DNA of 64,000 bases from Pseudogymnoascus verrucosus (lineage: Eukaryota), in NCBI GenBank assembly GCA_001662655.1, contig KV460225.1. One strand, given 5' to 3'. This document shows positions 60,062 through 64,000 of this stretch, one piece after another. The position numbers and the translations under genes are program-made. Every line of letters begins with the position of its first letter. Position 1 is the stretch's first letter. The notes under the pieces were generated by a model. It ran no database searches, was not told where the DNA came from, and saw nothing but the letters and a program-made list of their open reading frames with translations.

Positions 60062-60994
60062 TTATCTTCCCAAAGCTTTGGTTAAAGCCACCCGTTGGCT
60101 GAATGGACTTAGAGACCGTTCTACACGCGCATTCCTGGGGCTTCGTGACCTTCTAGGGGGTGCCGTTTCTGCTTGGTTCTCACGATATGCTCTTGTGTCA
60201 TTGCGGCCATTAAACTCCCTGGCCTGCCCCGCATCCCTTCTGCCTGTAGTGTCGACAGGTCCCGTGCGTTCCGTACTCCTCCTCGGGGGCTGGTATTGCT
60301 CATCATCCTGTTTTGGCGAGTAGGCTCTTCTCTGACGAGGCGGCGTTTGGCTTTGCGAATACCTTCTAAGTGGCTCCTCCCTCAACTTATCACGCCTTGG
60401 TGACCTGGATCTACTCCTTGAAAGTGACGAATAGCTGCTGCGGGACCAACTCCTACTTGTCTGCCGGCCTCTGCCGCTTGGGATCTCGCCCTCTTCCTTC
60501 CTTCCATGGGCCCGAGAAGAGCGAACTTCGTCGGCTTGGAAACCGGGAGACGGGCGACGTCGTTTCCTCTGATCCCGTTTTCTGTCTTTGCTGGGTGGCG
60601 GTGACCTTTCCGCATTTGTAGACACCGTTGAAACAGACACAGAAGATCTCGATGAAGTCGACCTTATTCTCTTAGGCTCGCCCTGGTTGTCAAGATCATG
60701 GCTGTCGCGGTCTCTCTTTCGCCCACGATCCTCTTCTAGCTTCTTCTTTGCTGCTTGTTCGTCCTGCTTGCTTTTGCTCCCGGGTAGGTCTTGGGGCGCA
60801 TCGTTCGTAAGTTTTGGAACTAATTTTGGGTTGAACAGTTGCTGGGTACGCGAAGGTCTTGAGACATATGGGCGTTCTTGCGCAACAGCCTTGCACTCGT
60901 AGCTATAATGCCCTCGTTTCAAGCATTTCTGGCAGAGAGTAGATGGTGTAGCTTTGGACGGAGCGCCGATCGTTGAACCTCTGTAAGAGTTCAT
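60062..60994 (-). CDS. Zinc-knuckle (ZCCHC10-like) protein with an RS/Arg-rich tail
   Basis: CQKCLKRGHYSYEC CCHC knuckle followed by RPYVSRPSRTQQL; SRSRSRSP repeats; C-terminal RSLSPFSQRVALT. ATG 60994. Confidence 0.88.
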   Translation of the reverse strand: MNSYRGSTIGAPSKATPSTLCQKCLKRGHYSYECKAVAQERPYVSRPSRTQQLFNPKLVPKLTNDAPQDLPGSKSKQDEQAAKKKLEEDRGRKRDRDSHDLDNQGEPKRIRSTSSRSSVSVSTVSTNAERSPPPSKDRKRDQRKRRRPSPGFQADEVRSSRAHGRKEEGEIPSGRGRQTSRSWSRSSYSSLSRSRSRSPRRDKLREEPLRRYSQSQTPPRQRRAYSPKQDDEQYQPPRRSTERTGPVDTTGRRDAGQAREFNGRNDTRAYRENQAETAPPRRSRSPRNARVERSLSPFSQRVALTKALGR

Positions 60995-61683
60995 TGGGCA
61001 GGTTGAATTGGTCAGTGTAGAGGTGAATTTGCAAGTTTGCGATGGCTGAAGTGAATACAATTTGTCTTTTTTTGTCAGTCGCCGTGAATGTCTCTGAACT
61101 GTCTGGCAGGGAAGGCTGGCTGCCTTAAAGCCTCGTGCCGCCGTACCACAGGTATAAAGGTTGCAGGGATCCGAGGCGCTAAAGACAGCCTCGACGGAGC
61201 AGGATCAAGAGAATTACCTTAACCTCCTGGAGTTCATGCATAGGGAAGTTGAGCTTGCTCCAACTATCCCAACAAAATACCTTTGAATATCAGGGCATCA
61301 AGGGGACGATTCGCCTATTACGTTTTGGAGGACTCGATAGCCTCGACGACTGTGTTGGCGCCCGTTCAACTTCAACAAACTGGGGCACAACGCTGTACCA
61401 TCTCGCCAGACACAGGGCAAACGACAACCTTCAGGCTTCGACTTCACTTCCCCTCCGCCAACGGATGATCAACTACACATAAGAAAGTTTTACGATTCCT
61501 ACAATGCCTACAGGCTTTCTTTCCTTCCAAACGGGCGACGTCGATCACAACCTGCCCTAATATAATTCTGGAGAAACTGTCGACCCTCGCACTCATTCAC
61601 TAAGTACGAATCGATCCGTGCTCGACTTGTGTCTTTATATCACGCATCTAGTTGAAGATCTGTAGCGCGTTATTCACATCGCT

Positions 61684-64000
61684 ATGGCCTCTGCGCCGCC
61701 AAAAGCCGAGAATCAATTGTCGTTTGCTAAAGTGAGTTGCAACATTCCTGCCCTGGAGACCATTACAACCCCTCACATGCACATCATCCGCCTTTATCAA
61801 CATAGTTTAGCTCGAGTCTACAGGGATAGAACAATCACTAACTATTACTAGGTTGCTGCTTCCCAGGGAAAGGAGAATACTGCATTATCCTATGCTAAGA
61901 TGGCGGCAGCGAACCCCGCACGAAATGCTCCTTTGTCAGAGACAAATGAAAGTAGTAACAAGAATGCTACGGGTAGTTCGAGACAACAAACAATCAATGG
62001 CGGAACAAAGTCGGATGAACAGGCGAATGCTGATGAGAAGTTGGCGGACACATTCAATTCGATTAGCCTAGCACCAAGCCTTGTTGTAAACGGATCAGGC
62101 ACAGATGCCGATGGAGAAGAAAGAGACATATTTGGAGAGGGGTCTGCAGAATATCCTTTTCAACGCACTGATTCTGGATCAGATGCCGGGACAAAGCCAC
62201 CGAGCCTTGATGGGAAGAGCATCACCTCTGGGACAACATTTGCCTTGGACGAGAAAGAATCGTTGCGGCCAGATGATAGTGCCAGTGTAAAAGCAGCTGA
62301 GGACGATGATACGTGTTCAGGCCGTGGTTCTATTGTAGCTGGTTCCCGAATCGGGTCAGAAGCTGCCGGTAAGCCAGACTTAGTTTCCCTCGATTAAGCG
62401 CATATTCTCTAATTCAAATCATAGCTCGCGCATATCGCGCCCAAACACACGAGATTGCAGACAGGAGGGCAGTACTCCCGGTTCTCGAATCACGAGCCCA
62501 AGGAATTATGACTCCTCAAAGCGGTTCATCTGGGCCCCCAGTAGCTGGTGATCTCAGCTTGAAGCCTCTGGCCAGCCCTGTAGCAGCTGCAGAAGGATTT
62601 AACCTTTTCTATAAGCACACTCCTGACGAGAAGCTTATAGAGGCTTTGGAATCGCCAAAGGATCGCATATTTTTGTTGCGACTGGAACAGGACGTGATAG
62701 AATTTGTCAAAGATTCGAAGTAGGTTTCTCTCCATCTTAACACTTGCAATTCCCTTGAAGTTTGCATTGGTTGGATCTAATATGTTGCACAAACTAACAT
62801 GACTTCGTCTAGGGAACCTTTCATCGATCTACCACCTTGCAATTCATTTTGTAGAATGCTAACCCACAAACTGGCCGATTATTACCATATGACCCACCAG
62901 TTTGATGCTGTGGCAGGATCAGTCCGTATATTCCGGACGCCGTTCTGCCGATTACCGCAGTCACTCACGAGTATTTCAAATCCTCCAACTACTGGACATA
63001 CACCTCCTCCGACTGTTCCCGCGATGAAAATTATGCGTAGGGGGGGTGACAATGGAGGTAGCCCTTCAAAAGCCACCTCTGAGACGGGCAGTGACGGAAA
63101 AGACAAATCTTTGTCTGCAAAAGAGAAGTATGCTCAATGCATCTATTCCAATTGCTAAGTTGATGACACTAACAATTTCTAGATTATCTCGTGAGGAACG
63201 TGAAGCCGCATATAACAAAGCCCGAGAGAGAATTTTTGGAAACACAGAGAAGAGCGGCGATGCAACTCCAGGTAAGCAAGCGGATGCATAAAATTGCTGC
63301 TACCTGTGTATTGACTATAAATATAGATACTGAAGATGGCAACGATATCTCGCGATCCAGCTCGGTTTCTGGGAAAGCTAAGAGAGGAAAGATGGTTAAA
63401 AAGCATCGTACGGATTCCGAGAGCTTTGATGTCAGATCTCAATACACGCCCTTCTTTCCACCACAACAGCCACAACCGTGGACGCCTACACAGCCTGGAA
63501 CCATAGGTGCCCCGCAGTACACCAATGTGCTGCAGAATTCATTCTCAGGCCCGGCAGTGCCACAATACGGCCCTACTCCACCACACTTCCACCCTTCCAT
63601 GGCTGCTGGAGGCGCGCCTACAGCTTATCACCAGATGCCACAGGTAAGCCCAACTAATGATGTACTTACAACTAAGATATTGACGTCCATGTAGCAATTC
63701 CCAAGGCCCAGCCCCCCCAACTACCAAAACCACGGCGCATCCGTACCTCCATACGGCGGTCCTATGATGCAAAACTCTCCTCAGCAGGCAGGGCCATGGC
63801 CTCCGATGGGCTATCAAGCACCCTTCCAGCCTCGCGGACCCATGCCAGCTGGACAGACAATCCCATACGCATATGGACAACTGCCAAGCACCATCAACCC
63901 GGCCGACCCCAAAAGTCAGCACCCAATACCAGGAAGTTTCAACAGGCACGCCTTCAACCCCAAGACCCAGTCATTTGTTCCGGGCAACAATGGGGCCCCG
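61684..64000 (+). CDS. R3H- and SUZ-domain RNA-binding protein (Rbs1/encore-like), 3'-truncated; exons 61684-61731, 61852-62368, 62425-62719, 62813-63127, 63183-63271, 63327-63643, 63695->64000
   Basis: KDRIFLLRLEQDVIEFV, LPPCNSFCRMLTHKLADYY (R3H), MKIMRR...SREEREAAYNKARERIF (SUZ) and a PAM2-like FNPKTQSFVP near the window end; six canonical introns. Confidence 0.9.

Overview
Eukaryotic, intron-containing DNA from a filamentous ascomycete. Gene content, short GT-AG introns with CTAAC-type branch points and codon style suggest a Leotiomycete, possibly Pseudogymnoascus; this is inference. There is one assembly gap (N run 441-529). I can support about 22 protein-coding genes, mostly housekeeping: DUF1279/NAT2-like, a Cys-rich GPI protein, an AA11 LPMO with two CBM18 modules, acetyl-CoA synthetase, VPS29, PRM1, DUF1741/ARMH3-like, ISA1, an alpha/beta hydrolase, THR1, a Dabb barrel, a small GPI protein, MLH3, a Zn2Cys6 plus acetyltransferase-fold fusion, SCP-x-type thiolase, GUT2, a PPR protein, CWF18, a zinc-knuckle protein and an R3H-SUZ protein. 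Exon structures were read by eye, and several genes are missing or fragmented in the ORF track. I found no tRNA, rRNA, CRISPR array or intact transposon. The most interesting locus is the Zn2Cys6 factor at 37-39.5 kb. Its C-terminal maltose/galactoside-acetyltransferase-like domain lacks the catalytic His. It has a candidate AUA start in near-ideal context at the end of a ~1.66-kb AUG-free leader, and an ~11-kb gene-free region lies upstream. Other highlights: two GC-AG introns, a Glu-to-Gln change in the MLH3 ATPase motif, a strong C-rich to G-rich polarity along genes, a 63-bp minisatellite and a ~160-bp terminator duplication.
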